Translations under genes and position numbers: made by a program
Shown here: piece after piece, positions 1 through 11,846 of the stretch
Layout: the number at the start of each line of letters is the position of its first letter
Position numbering within the stretch: the first letter of the stretch is position 1
Notes under the pieces: generated by a model
Databases searched by the model: none
What the model saw: only the letters and a program-made list of their open reading frames with translations
What the model was told of the DNA's origin: nothing
Source of the DNA: Verrucomicrobiaceae bacterium
Lineage (GTDB): Bacteria > Verrucomicrobiota > Verrucomicrobiia > Chthoniobacterales > Terrimicrobiaceae
Direction of reading: 5' to 3'
Assembly: GCA_007280915.1 (NCBI GenBank)
Contig: QYQL01000122.1
Span: 6,647 to 30,646 of the forward strand
DNA length: 24,000 nucleotides

Positions 1-237
1 GTCGATACGCTTCGACTCCACGAAAAAGACACCGGCAGCGCGGACGTTCAAGTCGCCCTCCTGACCAAACGGATCAACGAACTCACCGAGCATCTCAAAG
101 CCAACGCGAAGGACCATTCGTCCCGCCGCGGTCTGCTCAAACTCGTCGCCACCCGGCGGCGGCTTCTCGATTACCTCAAGCGGACGGCAACCGACCGCTA
201 CCAGGCGGTCCTCGAGAAACTTCAACTGCGCAAGTAG
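1..237 (+). CDS. rpsO: 30S ribosomal protein S15, C-terminal ~78 codons (5' end outside window)
   Basis: Frame 1 is open from base 1 to TAG at 235-237. Hand translation is [78 protein letters not shown], which fits the conserved S15 pattern. Classic rpsO-pnp synteny with the next gene. Absent from the ORF track because it has no start in the window. Confidence 0.9.
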   Translation, partial: VDTLRLHEKDTGSADVQVALLTKRINELTEHLKANAKDHSSRRGLLKLVATRRRLLDYLKRTATDRYQAVLEKLQLRK

Positions 238-255
238 CGCACAATACAAACCGAA

Positions 256-284
256 AAGCCCGGACAATCATCCGGGCTTTTTTC
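256..284 (+). terminator. Rho-independent terminator after rpsO
   Basis: Perfect 9-bp stem AAGCCCGGA (256-264) / TCCGGGCTT (271-279), 6-nt loop CAATCA, then a T-run at 278-283, 19 nt after the rpsO stop. Confidence 0.65.
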
Positions 285-330
285 TCCCTGCCTCCGGGAA
301 CCGGCGGCAAAACCACCAATTATTACCAAT

Positions 331-2457
331 ATGTCTCATTCCGTAAATGCCCAGATCGGGCAGACCAATCTCATCATCGAAACCGGCAAACTCGCCAAAC
401 TCGCCGACGGCGCCGTCACCGTCCGCTGCGGCGAAACCATCGTGCTTGTCACCGCCGTTTCGGCCACCAGCATCAAGGAAGGGCAGGACTGGTTCCCGCT
501 CACCGTCGAATACAAGGAAAAGGCCGCTGCAGTCGGGAAGTTCCCCGGTGGCTATTTCAAGCGCGAGGGACGCCCCTCTGAAAAGGAAATCCTCGTCTGC
601 CGGATGACCGACCGTCCTCTCCGCCCGCTCTTCCCGAAGGGCTACCTTTACGACACCCAGATCATCACGCTCCTCCTGAGCGCGGATGGGCAGAATGATC
701 CCGACATCCTCTCGATCAACGGGGCCTCCGCCGCCCTCTGCGTCTCGGACATCCCGTTTGCCGGTCCCGTCGGAGCCGTCCGTGTCGGCCGTGTCAACGG
801 GGCATTTGTCGCCAACCCGACCCACGACGAGCGCGCGAACAGCGACCTCGACCTCATCTATGTCGGCGACGGCGAGAAGGTCATCATGATCGAGGGCGCG
901 GCCAACGAGCTGCCCGAAGACCAGTTCAACGCGGCTCTTGATTTCGCCCGCGACAACGTGCGCGTGATCGTCGCCGCCCAGCGCGAACTCGCCGCAAAGG
1001 TGGCCAAGGCCAAGCGCACCGTCCCGCTCTTCCAGGTGGACGACTCGACCCTCGAGATCGCCTATCAGGTCGCCGGCGACCGGATCGAATCCGCCATCTA
1101 CACCTCCGGCAAAGTCGCTCGCAGCAAAGCGGTGGACGCCCTCCGCAAGGAGGTCGAAGCAGCCGTCCTGGAAAAATTCCCCGCCGCCTCGAAGTTTGAG
1201 ATTTCTCAGGCTTTCGACTATCTGCAGAAGAAGGCGTTCCGCGTCAGCATCCTCGACAAGCAACAGCGCTGCGACGGGCGCGGCCTGCATGACATCCGCC
1301 CGCTTTCCGGCGAGGTCGGCCTCCTGCCCCGCAGCCACGGATCCGCCCTCTTTGCCCGCGGCGAGACCCAGGCGCTCGGCATCACGACGCTGGCTCCGTC
1401 CGACGAGGCCCAGATGATCGACGCCTACGGCGGCGGGGTGGACACGAAATCGTTCATCCTTCACTACAACTTCCCTCCGTTCAGCGTCGGTGAAACCGGC
1501 CGCTTCGGCGGGCAGAACCGCCGCGAAATCGGCCACGGCGCGCTGGCCGAGCGCTCGATCGCTCCGGTGATCCCGGATGGGAAAGACTTCCCGTATGCGA
1601 TCCGCGTGTCGAGCGAGGTCATGGAGTCGAACGGCTCGACCTCGATGGCGACCGTATGCGCCGGAGTGCTCTCGCTCATGGATGCGGGCGTCCCGCTCAA
1701 GCGCCCTGTGGCCGGCATCTCCGTCGGCCTCGTCACTGAATATGACGGCGACAATCTGAAGCGCTACACCACGCTCACCGACATCATCGGCAGCGAGGAC
1801 CACTTCGGCGACATGGATTTCAAGCTTTGCGGCACCGAAGCCGGAGTCACCGGGTTCCAGCTCGACCTCAAGCTTGCCGGGGTCTCGCATGAGATCATGA
1901 AGGAAGCGGTCACCGAGGCCACCGAGGCTCGTGTAAAAATCCTTGGCGTCATGCACGGGATCCTTGCCGGACCCCGCAGCGAGATGAGCCCGTATGCCCC
2001 GCGCATCGAGACCATCCGCATCAACCCCGAGAAGATCGGCCTGATCATCGGTCCCGGCGGCAAGACGATCAAGGGCATCGTCGCCGAGACCGGCGCCGAG
2101 ATCAACATCGAGGACGACGGCTCGGTTCACATCTATTCCAGCAACGGCGACAGCCTCCAGCGAGCGAAGGAAATCATCCTCGGCATGACCAAGGAGATCG
2201 GCGTCGGCGAGATCTACCAGGGCACGGTCGTTTCGATCAAGGAGTTCGGCGCCTTCGTCGAGGTCCTTCCCGGAAAAGATGGACTGGTCCACATTTCCGA
2301 ACTTGCCGACTTCCGCGTGAACAAGGTCGAGGACGTCGTGAAGAACGGCGACTCCGTCTGGGTCAAATGCATCGGCGTGGACGACAAGGGCCGCGTCAAG
2401 CTGAGCCGCAAGGCCGCGATGAAAGATCGCGACGAGGCTGCTGCAGCCCAAGGGTAA
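331..2457 (+). CDS. pnp: Polynucleotide phosphorylase / polyribonucleotide nucleotidyltransferase
   Basis: 708-aa ORF with two RNase PH-like halves ([10 protein letters not shown]..., [18 protein letters not shown]), a KH motif ([14 protein letters not shown]) and a C-terminal S1 domain ([28 protein letters not shown]). Located directly after rpsO. Confidence 0.97.
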   Translation: MSHSVNAQIGQTNLIIETGKLAKLADGAVTVRCGETIVLVTAVSATSIKEGQDWFPLTVEYKEKAAAVGKFPGGYFKREGRPSEKEILVCRMTDRPLRPLFPKGYLYDTQIITLLLSADGQNDPDILSINGASAALCVSDIPFAGPVGAVRVGRVNGAFVANPTHDERANSDLDLIYVGDGEKVIMIEGAANELPEDQFNAALDFARDNVRVIVAAQRELAAKVAKAKRTVPLFQVDDSTLEIAYQVAGDRIESAIYTSGKVARSKAVDALRKEVEAAVLEKFPAASKFEISQAFDYLQKKAFRVSILDKQQRCDGRGLHDIRPLSGEVGLLPRSHGSALFARGETQALGITTLAPSDEAQMIDAYGGGVDTKSFILHYNFPPFSVGETGRFGGQNRREIGHGALAERSIAPVIPDGKDFPYAIRVSSEVMESNGSTSMATVCAGVLSLMDAGVPLKRPVAGISVGLVTEYDGDNLKRYTTLTDIIGSEDHFGDMDFKLCGTEAGVTGFQLDLKLAGVSHEIMKEAVTEATEARVKILGVMHGILAGPRSEMSPYAPRIETIRINPEKIGLIIGPGGKTIKGIVAETGAEINIEDDGSVHIYSSNGDSLQRAKEIILGMTKEIGVGEIYQGTVVSIKEFGAFVEVLPGKDGLVHISELADFRVNKVEDVVKNGDSVWVKCIGVDDKGRVKLSRKAAMKDRDEAAAAQG

Positions 2458-2477
2458 TTTCCCCCGAAGAAAAAGAA

Positions 2478-2511
2478 AGCCCGGCTCTCCGCAAGGAGGC
2501 CGGGTTTTTTT
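2478..2511 (+). terminator. Rho-independent terminator after pnp
   Basis: GC-rich stem GCCCGGC(T)CTCC / GGAGGCCGGG with one bulged T, GCAA loop, followed by seven T at 2505-2511. Confidence 0.6.
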
Positions 2512-2551
2512 GGCATTGCGGTCGGGGCGGGAACGGAAAAAACTGGCTTTC

Positions 2552-3496
2552 ATGAGCGAGCCGATTGTTTTTGAGCCGATTGCGATGGAGAGGGTCTGGG
2601 GGGGGAGGCGGTTTGAGTCTGTCCTCGGGAAGACGATCCCGGCCGGGACCCCGATCGGGGAGCTTTGGGAAGTGGTGGACCGGGACGATGCGCAGAGCAT
2701 CGTGCATGCCGGGAAGTGGCGCGGGAAATCCCTCCACGAACTCTGGTCCGACGAGCGGGCGGAGGTTTTCGGCGATGAATATCTGGCGAGCCCGGCGCCC
2801 AGGTTTCCTTTACTCGTCAAACTCCTCGACGCCCGCGAGCGGCTTTCCGTGCAAGTGCATCCGCCGCTGGAGATGGCGGATTCGCTTGGTGGCGAACCCA
2901 AGACGGAGGCCTGGTATTTTCTGGATGCCCTGCCGGGAGCCTGCATTTTTGCCGGGCTGAAACATGGTGTGACGCGGGAGGATTTCGAGATTGCGCTCCG
3001 CACCGGCGGAGTCGAGCGCACGCTGCACGAAATCAAGGTATCCACCGGGGAGAGCATCTTCATTCCCAGCGGACGCCTGCACGCGATCGGCGAAGGCAAC
3101 CTGATCGTCGAAATCCAGCAGAACAGCGACACGACGTATCGGGTGTTCGACTGGAACAGGATGGGGCTTGATGGGACGCCGAGAGCATTGCATATCGCGG
3201 AATCTCTCGCCTCGATCGATTTCGCCGACTTCGAACCCTCCACCTGCCCTGCGGAGAAGCGGGAGATCGCGGACTGCCCGTTTTTCCATGTGGAAAAAGT
3301 GGATCTGATCGCGCCGCGGGATATCCGTCCCGGCGGCTGTTTCGCGCTGGTAGCGGTCACGGGCGGGGAGGTCGTCTGCGGGGGGAAAACCTTCGGTCGT
3401 GGGCGGTTTTTTATCGTTCCGGCGGAAGGCGACGGGTTGGAAATCGCTCCAGCCGACGGCGCGGCGGAGGTTCTGGTCACGACGCTGCCCGCGTGA
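2552..3496 (+). CDS. manA: Class I (cupin-type) mannose-6-phosphate isomerase
   Basis: Motifs PIAMERVWGG, LSVQVHP (metal ligand block), EAWY and HAIGEGNLIVEIQQNSDTTYRVFDW. The track ORF starts at TTG 2510 inside the pnp terminator, so I prefer ATG 2552 (MSEPIVFEPI). Confidence 0.85.
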   Translation: MSEPIVFEPIAMERVWGGRRFESVLGKTIPAGTPIGELWEVVDRDDAQSIVHAGKWRGKSLHELWSDERAEVFGDEYLASPAPRFPLLVKLLDARERLSVQVHPPLEMADSLGGEPKTEAWYFLDALPGACIFAGLKHGVTREDFEIALRTGGVERTLHEIKVSTGESIFIPSGRLHAIGEGNLIVEIQQNSDTTYRVFDWNRMGLDGTPRALHIAESLASIDFADFEPSTCPAEKREIADCPFFHVEKVDLIAPRDIRPGGCFALVAVTGGEVVCGGKTFGRGRFFIVPAEGDGLEIAPADGAAEVLVTTLPA

Positions 3497-3518
3497 TCGA
3501 TACCGCCGGCCGGACGCG

Positions 3519-4916
3519 TTACGCGCAGCCGAAGAGGCGGCGTTCGCGGATGATCCCGGCCACGACGGGGGGAACCATCTTTTCCCAGGAGGAATCTCCC
3601 TTGCGGATGAGGGCGAGGACATCGGCCGAGCGGATCGGCAGGTGCTCCGAGCGGTAGCCAGAAATCCCTTCGATGAAGCGGTTCTCGAGAAGGTGCGAGT
3701 AGAGGTGGGTGAGATTCGGGGCGACCTTAAAATTGTCCGCGGTTACCAGCGCGCCATCCGGCATGAGGCGCGGGTAGGCGTAGAGCTTGACCCCGTGCTT
3801 GAACAGACGCCCGAGCCCCTCGAGGATCCCGCCCTCGAGCCCGGTGTAGAATTTTTCCTCGAAGAGCTCGTGCATGCCAGGGATGCCGAGCGGGAGCCCG
3901 ATCATCTTGTCGGTATAGATCGAGAGGTAGTTGACGAGGCGGTGGAACTCTCCGTAGTTGGAGATGAGCACCGTGTGCCCGAGGGCAGCCAGCATATCGA
4001 CCCGATCGAGGAAATCCCGGAGATCCAGGTGCCCGGTCGAGAGGAGGTTTTTCATGGTGATTTCCATGAGGATTTCCGGCTGGCTGCCGCGGACGCCCTC
4101 CTCGTTTTCAAACATCCTGCGCGCGCATTCGAGCATGTCGTTCGTCAGGAGGGTGACCGGCCGGAAGCTGCCGCGCTCGACAAGCAGCGGCTTTTTGTAA
4201 AATGCATCAGCGGCTTGGACGACCTCGCCGTCCGAGCGGAACAGGGTCGCCTTCGTGAGCCCCTGCACGACGAGCTGAAGGTTCATGATGCGGTTGTCCA
4301 CGCCGGGAAATGCCGGCCCGGAGAAGCGGATCATGTCCACTACGATTCGGGTCGGGGCCAGATCATCCATGAGTGAGGCAATGAGCGCCTCGGGAATCTC
4401 CGCAAGGTGGAACGCTCCGTGGAGGACGTTCACCCCGAAGATGCCGAGCGCCTCCTGCTGCTGGAGGTTTTCCGGGTCCAGCATGCGCACATGGAGGATG
4501 ATTTCGCTGAAGGGAGCCCGCGGGGCATGCTGGAAGCGCAACCCCAGCCAGCCGTGGGATTCGTCGTGGCGCCGGAAGCTCCGAGCGGCCACCGTGTCTG
4601 CAAAAACAAAAAACCTCCTGTCGGCACCCACATCGCGGTCGAGGCGCTCGATCAGAAGCCCCATCTCGTGGTTGAGCATGGTGTCGAGCCGCGCCCGGCT
4701 GACATAGCGTCCGCAGGCGCCGTATATCGCGTCGCTGAACGTCATGTCGTAGGCGGAGATCGTCTTGGCGATCGTTCCCGCAGCACCGCCGGCGGCAAAA
4801 AACCTGCGCGCGACTTCCTGCCCCGCGCCGATTTCCGCGAAGGTTCCGTAGAACCGGCGGTCCATGTTGATCTGGAAGGCCTTTTTCCCTGTGAGATGCT
4901 CTAGTCCCTGTGCCAT
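3519..4916 (-). CDS. Conserved hypothetical protein, 465 aa, function unknown (C-terminal ~35 aa resemble the tail of NadD-type nucleotidyltransferases)
   Basis: Long ORF with balanced, non-repetitive composition, unlike the antisense 3399..4376 ORF. N-terminal block YGTFAEIGAGQEVARRFF. C-terminus LPIRSADVLALIRKGDSSWEKMVPPVVAGIIRERRLFG resembles the ISST.IR..G......VP..V..YI....LY tail of nicotinate-nucleotide adenylyltransferases. The rest was not recognised. Confidence 0.8.
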   Translation of the reverse strand: MAQGLEHLTGKKAFQINMDRRFYGTFAEIGAGQEVARRFFAAGGAAGTIAKTISAYDMTFSDAIYGACGRYVSRARLDTMLNHEMGLLIERLDRDVGADRRFFVFADTVAARSFRRHDESHGWLGLRFQHAPRAPFSEIILHVRMLDPENLQQQEALGIFGVNVLHGAFHLAEIPEALIASLMDDLAPTRIVVDMIRFSGPAFPGVDNRIMNLQLVVQGLTKATLFRSDGEVVQAADAFYKKPLLVERGSFRPVTLLTNDMLECARRMFENEEGVRGSQPEILMEITMKNLLSTGHLDLRDFLDRVDMLAALGHTVLISNYGEFHRLVNYLSIYTDKMIGLPLGIPGMHELFEEKFYTGLEGGILEGLGRLFKHGVKLYAYPRLMPDGALVTADNFKVAPNLTHLYSHLLENRFIEGISGYRSEHLPIRSADVLALIRKGDSSWEKMVPPVVAGIIRERRLFGCA

Positions 4917-4970
4917 GCGCGGGACGCTACCACAGGAAACGAAACTCTGTGAAGCGCGGAGGAGAAAATG

Positions 4971-5993
4971 TCAGCGCGGCGCGGAAGGAGCCGTGAGCAG
5001 GCCGGCGAAGCGCTGTCCGGCGGAGGTCAGCTTGGGGCCACCCGCGGACCCTCCTACCAGTCCACGTGTGATCCGGCTGTAGGGCTCGCGGGTTTCCTTG
5101 ATCCAGGAGACCTCGGGTTCGGCCACTGGTTTTTGTGAGGCAACCGCCCCGATGGGGAATCCGGTCCCGGTGAACGAGATCGTCCACGAAGTGGGATTCG
5201 CAATTTCACCCGCCGGGACCAGCCAGGGATAATCGCGCAGGAGCGTCAGGTTCGGGGAGTTTGGGAGCGTGAGTTTGAAGACGGGGTCCTGCGAGCGGAT
5301 ATGCGAAGAAAGCCGGAACCCGGGATCCGAGGCGGCCGCTTTGAGAATGGCAGCGGGATCGGTTCCCGAAAGGTTGAGACCGTTGAAGAGACCGTGCTTG
5401 TTGGGGTTGCCGGGAAAATTTGCAAGGTGCCACCCCTCGAAATTCCGGCTGAGCAGGACCGCGATTTCAAAGTGGACGTGCGCGCGCGCCCGGTCGATTC
5501 CGAAGCCGGTGAACCCGAGTTTGCCGAGCGGTTCCCCTTGGCGGACGGTTTGGTCCGGGGCCACCTCCACCGAAGAAAGGTGGGCATAGAGGGTGTAAAT
5601 GGGAGAGCCCTCGATCAGATGCTCGATCACGACGTATTTGCCGTAGTTCGAGGCCCCGGCTTCCGGGCTGACGTGCACGACCCGTCCGTCTGCGGCCGCA
5701 CAGACTTCATCCAAAGGATTTCCGGAAGCGTCGCGGCTGAGCGGCTTGATGTCGATGCCCTCATGCAGAGTCAGGCATACCACGCCGTCCGCCGTCCGGA
5801 TCGGACCCCGCACGAACCCGAACTGTCCGCCCTCCCACGGCTGCGATTTCTGCCCCTCGAAATCGCGGTCGACATACATGAAAAAATCCTCCGGGTGGCC
5901 GTCGAGGAGGGCCCGGTTGGCTGTGGGAATATCAAAAAGGGCAGCCCGGACCGGCAGGACCAAAGCCAGTGCGAGGACCGTCCGCAGGATCAT
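4971..5993 (-). CDS. Secreted M23 (LytM-type) peptidoglycan metalloendopeptidase with C-terminal unknown domain
   Basis: Signal peptide MILRTVLALALVLPVRAA. HxxxD motif in LHEGIDIK, YAHLSSV, and HxH motif in AHVHFEI. ATGA start/stop overlap with the upstream gene at 5990-5993. Confidence 0.88.
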   Translation of the reverse strand: MILRTVLALALVLPVRAALFDIPTANRALLDGHPEDFFMYVDRDFEGQKSQPWEGGQFGFVRGPIRTADGVVCLTLHEGIDIKPLSRDASGNPLDEVCAAADGRVVHVSPEAGASNYGKYVVIEHLIEGSPIYTLYAHLSSVEVAPDQTVRQGEPLGKLGFTGFGIDRARAHVHFEIAVLLSRNFEGWHLANFPGNPNKHGLFNGLNLSGTDPAAILKAAASDPGFRLSSHIRSQDPVFKLTLPNSPNLTLLRDYPWLVPAGEIANPTSWTISFTGTGFPIGAVASQKPVAEPEVSWIKETREPYSRITRGLVGGSAGGPKLTSAGQRFAGLLTAPSAPR

Positions 5994-6505
5994 TGGGGCT
6001 TTTTCTCTTTGGGCGGCTTTTTCCCGAATTCCGATTCGCGGCCGATGACCGGATATTTTGCCTGAAGCAGGGCGACCTCATTGGGCATGATTCCCCCCGG
6101 GACGAAAAGAATCCCGTCGGTGACCCGCTTGTCCACTTTTAAGGCTGCTCCCACCCGGCCGTTAATCATAACGACGGCGAGCTTCCCGCGATCTTCGGTG
6201 GTGAACTGCTCAAGCTTGTCCGCCCCGTGCGGATCGAGGAAAAAATACGCGCCCACCATCCCGTCGCGTCCGGGGAACGGGAGAAACTTCTTGATATCAC
6301 GCTCGGTCAGAATGGGCACCCTCCGGATAAATATCTTCTTTTGAGGATTGGTGAGTTCGATGGGCGTGACGAACGAATCACCCTCTTTTTCGTTTCCCTC
6401 GGAATGGAGGCGGATGCTCACCGGCGGTGGCTTTTTTTCCCCGGCATGCAACGGAAGAACGGAAAGGACGAGGGCGAACGGCAGATTCCTGAGTAGGGAG
6501 CGCAT
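5990..6505 (-). CDS. Hypothetical secreted protein, 171 aa
   Basis: Signal peptide MRSLLRNLPFALVLSVLPLHAG and a Lys/Pro-rich C-terminus. Translationally coupled (ATGA overlap) to the M23 peptidase gene. No family recognised. Confidence 0.7.
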   Translation of the reverse strand: MRSLLRNLPFALVLSVLPLHAGEKKPPPVSIRLHSEGNEKEGDSFVTPIELTNPQKKIFIRRVPILTERDIKKFLPFPGRDGMVGAYFFLDPHGADKLEQFTTEDRGKLAVVMINGRVGAALKVDKRVTDGILFVPGGIMPNEVALLQAKYPVIGRESEFGKKPPKEKKPQ

Positions 6506-6574
6506 GGGACGGCCAATTTAAGCGAATCAATTGGATTTGCAACCGCACAGGCACTCGGATAGGGACTAGCATAC

Positions 6575-7243
6575 ATGAAACCTGTCGTAATGATTTTGCT
6601 GGCCTGCGGGCTCCTGCCGCTCGCCGCTCAGGAGACCCGTCCGTCCGCCACGGATGCCGTGACCGCGTTCGCGATTGCCCCGCCCGATGAGAACAGTCCG
6701 TTTTTTCTGGATCCTGTCGCCGCGAACAGCACACGGAACGCCGATTTTGCGGGCAGGGACCTGCAGGATGTGATCGCCGGCTACCCGAAAAACCGGAACT
6801 CGCCCGACAGCGCGAGCTCGCGGATCAAAAAGTTTTTCACCGGGATATTTTCTTCGGTGAGCATCGGGCCGCTGCGCACGCCCCCGACGACGGAGGACCT
6901 GAAAGTCGACCCCTCCACGTTTCCGCTTCAGGACCGCCACGAGTTGAACGTTACCTACTCGATCCGCAACAACACAAAAAAAATGACCCGGCTCGAGTAT
7001 CCGACGACCCAGCACATGGACATCGTCACCACCGACTCGAAGGGCGCTGTTGTGGACCGCTGGTCCGACGACCGCTCGTTTCAGCCCGAGGAAGGCATCG
7101 TCGTCATCAACCCGAAGGAGCGGATCGAGTATCAGGAAAAAATTCCGACGCGCGAAATGAAGGCGAAGGAGACCTACAAGGTCCAGGCTTTCACGACCAG
7201 CCAGGAGAAATTCACGACGGAAAAAACCGTCAATCCGGAGTAA
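6575..7243 (+). CDS. Hypothetical secreted protein, 222 aa (C-terminal half possibly BsuPI/proteinase-inhibitor-like beta-sandwich)
   Basis: Signal peptide MKPVVMILLACGLLPLAAQ. The segment LNVTYSIRNNTKKMTRLEYPTTQHMDIVTTDSKGAVVDRWSDDRSFQPEEGIVVINPKERIEY resembles, from memory, the BsuPI pattern (model fold assignment unverified). Confidence 0.7.
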   Translation: MKPVVMILLACGLLPLAAQETRPSATDAVTAFAIAPPDENSPFFLDPVAANSTRNADFAGRDLQDVIAGYPKNRNSPDSASSRIKKFFTGIFSSVSIGPLRTPPTTEDLKVDPSTFPLQDRHELNVTYSIRNNTKKMTRLEYPTTQHMDIVTTDSKGAVVDRWSDDRSFQPEEGIVVINPKERIEYQEKIPTREMKAKETYKVQAFTTSQEKFTTEKTVNPE

Positions 7244-7396
7244 CTTTCCCGAAAATCAAGGGGTCCGGAAGAAAATACTCTTGACCTCCTGCGCCGATCC
7301 GCAATTTTCACCTCCCGCACGCGACACAGATTTCCAAATTATTTGTTGCCAAAGTGCGCGGCTCTCAATAACTGCATCACTGAACACACACCCGCT

Positions 7397-7642
7397 ATGT
7401 CCGAAAAATCCATTGAAGAAAAAGTCAAAGATATCATCGTCGAGCAACTCGGCGTCAACCCGGAGCAAGTTACTCCGAACGCATCGTTCATCGAAGACCT
7501 CGGAGCCGACTCCCTCGACACCGTCGAGCTGGTGATGGCATTCGAAGAGGAATTTGGAGTCGAAGTCCCCGACGAGGATGCGGAGAAGCTCCAGAGCGTC
7601 GGCGATGTCATCAAATACATCGAGGAGAAGGCCGCGAAATAA
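7397..7642 (+). CDS. acpP: Acyl carrier protein
   Basis: [78 protein letters not shown] with the phosphopantetheine site DSLD. The track ORF starts at 7343, but ATG 7397 gives the canonical ~81-aa ACP. Confidence 0.95.
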   Translation: MSEKSIEEKVKDIIVEQLGVNPEQVTPNASFIEDLGADSLDTVELVMAFEEEFGVEVPDEDAEKLQSVGDVIKYIEEKAAK

Positions 7643-7671
7643 CCCGCCGTACTTCCAAATCAAACTTTGAA

Positions 7672-7703
7672 ACACCCCGCCATGCGCGGGGTGTTTTGAT
7701 TTT
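7672..7703. terminator. Bidirectional terminator between convergent acpP and leuS
   Basis: Stem ACACCCCGC (7672-7680) / GCGGGGTGT (7686-7694), loop CATGC, followed by TTTTGATTTT on the + strand and a T-rich tract (TTCAAAGTTTGATTT) on the - strand. Confidence 0.6.
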
Positions 7704-7723
7704 ACCCACAGGCGGGGGTGCTC

Positions 7724-10963
<3,240 letters not shown>

Positions 10964-10980
10964 TGTAGGAACCGGTGACT

Positions 10981-11595
10981 ATGCCAGACACAGATTCTCC
11001 TGCAATCCCATTGCTTGTCTCGACACGCAACGCCCACAAGGTCGGGGAAATCCGTGCGATCCTCGGCTCCCGGTTCCTTGTCTGCGATCTCAGCGCGCTG
11101 CCGGACATGCCGGATATCGAGGAGACCGGGGAAACATTCGAGGAAAATGCCGGACTGAAGGCGGTCGCGGCTTCCGGCAGATTCGATGGTTGGGTGATCG
11201 CCGATGATTCCGGGCTTGAGGTGGACGCCCTCGGCGGGGCACCTGGGGTGCGCTCCGCACGGTATGCCGGAAAACAATCCGACGACCAAGCGAATAACTT
11301 CCTCCTTTTGAGGAACTTGGAGGGAGTCCGTGGCAAAGCCCGCTCCGCTCGGTTCCGCTGCGTCATCGTGCTGGCGAAGGCGGGGGAGAAACTGGGCGCG
11401 TTCAGCGGGGCGGTCGAGGGCACGATCATCAATGCACCCAAGGGAACGGGAGGGTTCGGCTACGATCCGCTTTTCGTCCCCGACGGGCATTGCGAAACAT
11501 TCGCCCAGCTCGGCGCGGAAACAAAAAACTCCCTCAGCCACCGGGCCCGTGCCCTGGAGGGGCTCCTCGGGTGGAGCGGCTGGTCCGCCCTCTGA
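10981..11595 (+). CDS. rdgB: RdgB/HAM1-family dITP/XTP pyrophosphatase
   Basis: Motifs LLVSTRNAHKVGEI, FEENAGLKA, VIADDSGLEVDALGGAPGVRSARYAG, FRCVIVLA, GFGYDPLFVP and KNSLSHRARAL. Start at ATG 10981 (GTG 10975 is also possible). Confidence 0.9.
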   Translation: MPDTDSPAIPLLVSTRNAHKVGEIRAILGSRFLVCDLSALPDMPDIEETGETFEENAGLKAVAASGRFDGWVIADDSGLEVDALGGAPGVRSARYAGKQSDDQANNFLLLRNLEGVRGKARSARFRCVIVLAKAGEKLGAFSGAVEGTIINAPKGTGGFGYDPLFVPDGHCETFAQLGAETKNSLSHRARALEGLLGWSGWSAL

Positions 11596-11622
11596 TCTGC
11601 GCGTTTTTCCGGCTCCCGGAAA

Positions 11623-11640
11623 TGTGACGAAATTGTCACA
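11623..11640. promoter_or_regulatory. Perfect palindrome TGTGAC-N6-GTCACA, candidate operator upstream of the Cu-ATPase gene
   Basis: TGTGACGAAATTGTCACA lies in the 251-bp intergenic region, about 205 bp upstream of the ATPase ATG. A weak promoter-like pair TTGCAC (11651-56) / TATATT (11671-76) follows, but with only 14-bp spacing. The binding factor is unknown. Confidence 0.3.
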
Positions 11641-11846
11641 ATCATTTCCCTTGCACTCCGGAGAGACCCGTATATTTTCTTCCTCGTTCTGGGGGGAACA
11701 GCAGGCCGTCGTAACATTCGTTGCGGCGGCCTGCAATTTTTCTGACTGAAATCAAAGAACCCCGGCTCTTTCAACACCGCCGCCCCGGGATGGGTTCATG
11801 CCATGAAGTTGCAAATCTTTGAGGTGGCACTAGTTTGATCCGCCTT

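Noticed and set aside
268-3480. 1070-aa ORF on the minus strand, the second-longest ORF in the track
   Set aside because: It is antisense to both pnp and manA, which have unmistakable conserved motifs. Its translation is Ser/Arg/Ala/Pro-rich low-complexity sequence, typical of stop-poor antisense frames in high-GC DNA, and it runs straight through the pnp terminator.
6513-6534. CCAATT-N10-AATTGG inverted repeat in the divergent promoter region between 5990..6505 and 6575..7243
   Set aside because: The 6-bp arms are AT-rich and could easily arise by chance. There is no second copy or associated regulator in the window.
7281-7309. TTGACC at 7281-7286 as the -35 box of an acpP promoter
   Set aside because: No convincing -10 hexamer lies at 16-18 bp spacing (CAATTTT only), and promoter consensus for this lineage is uncertain.
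11803-11838. 11-codon upstream ORF (MKLQIFEVALV) ending 8 nt before the ATPase ATG as a possible leader peptide
   Set aside because: It has no recognisable ribosome-binding site, no metal-related or stalling codons, and several equally short ORFs occur nearby. The evidence is insufficient.
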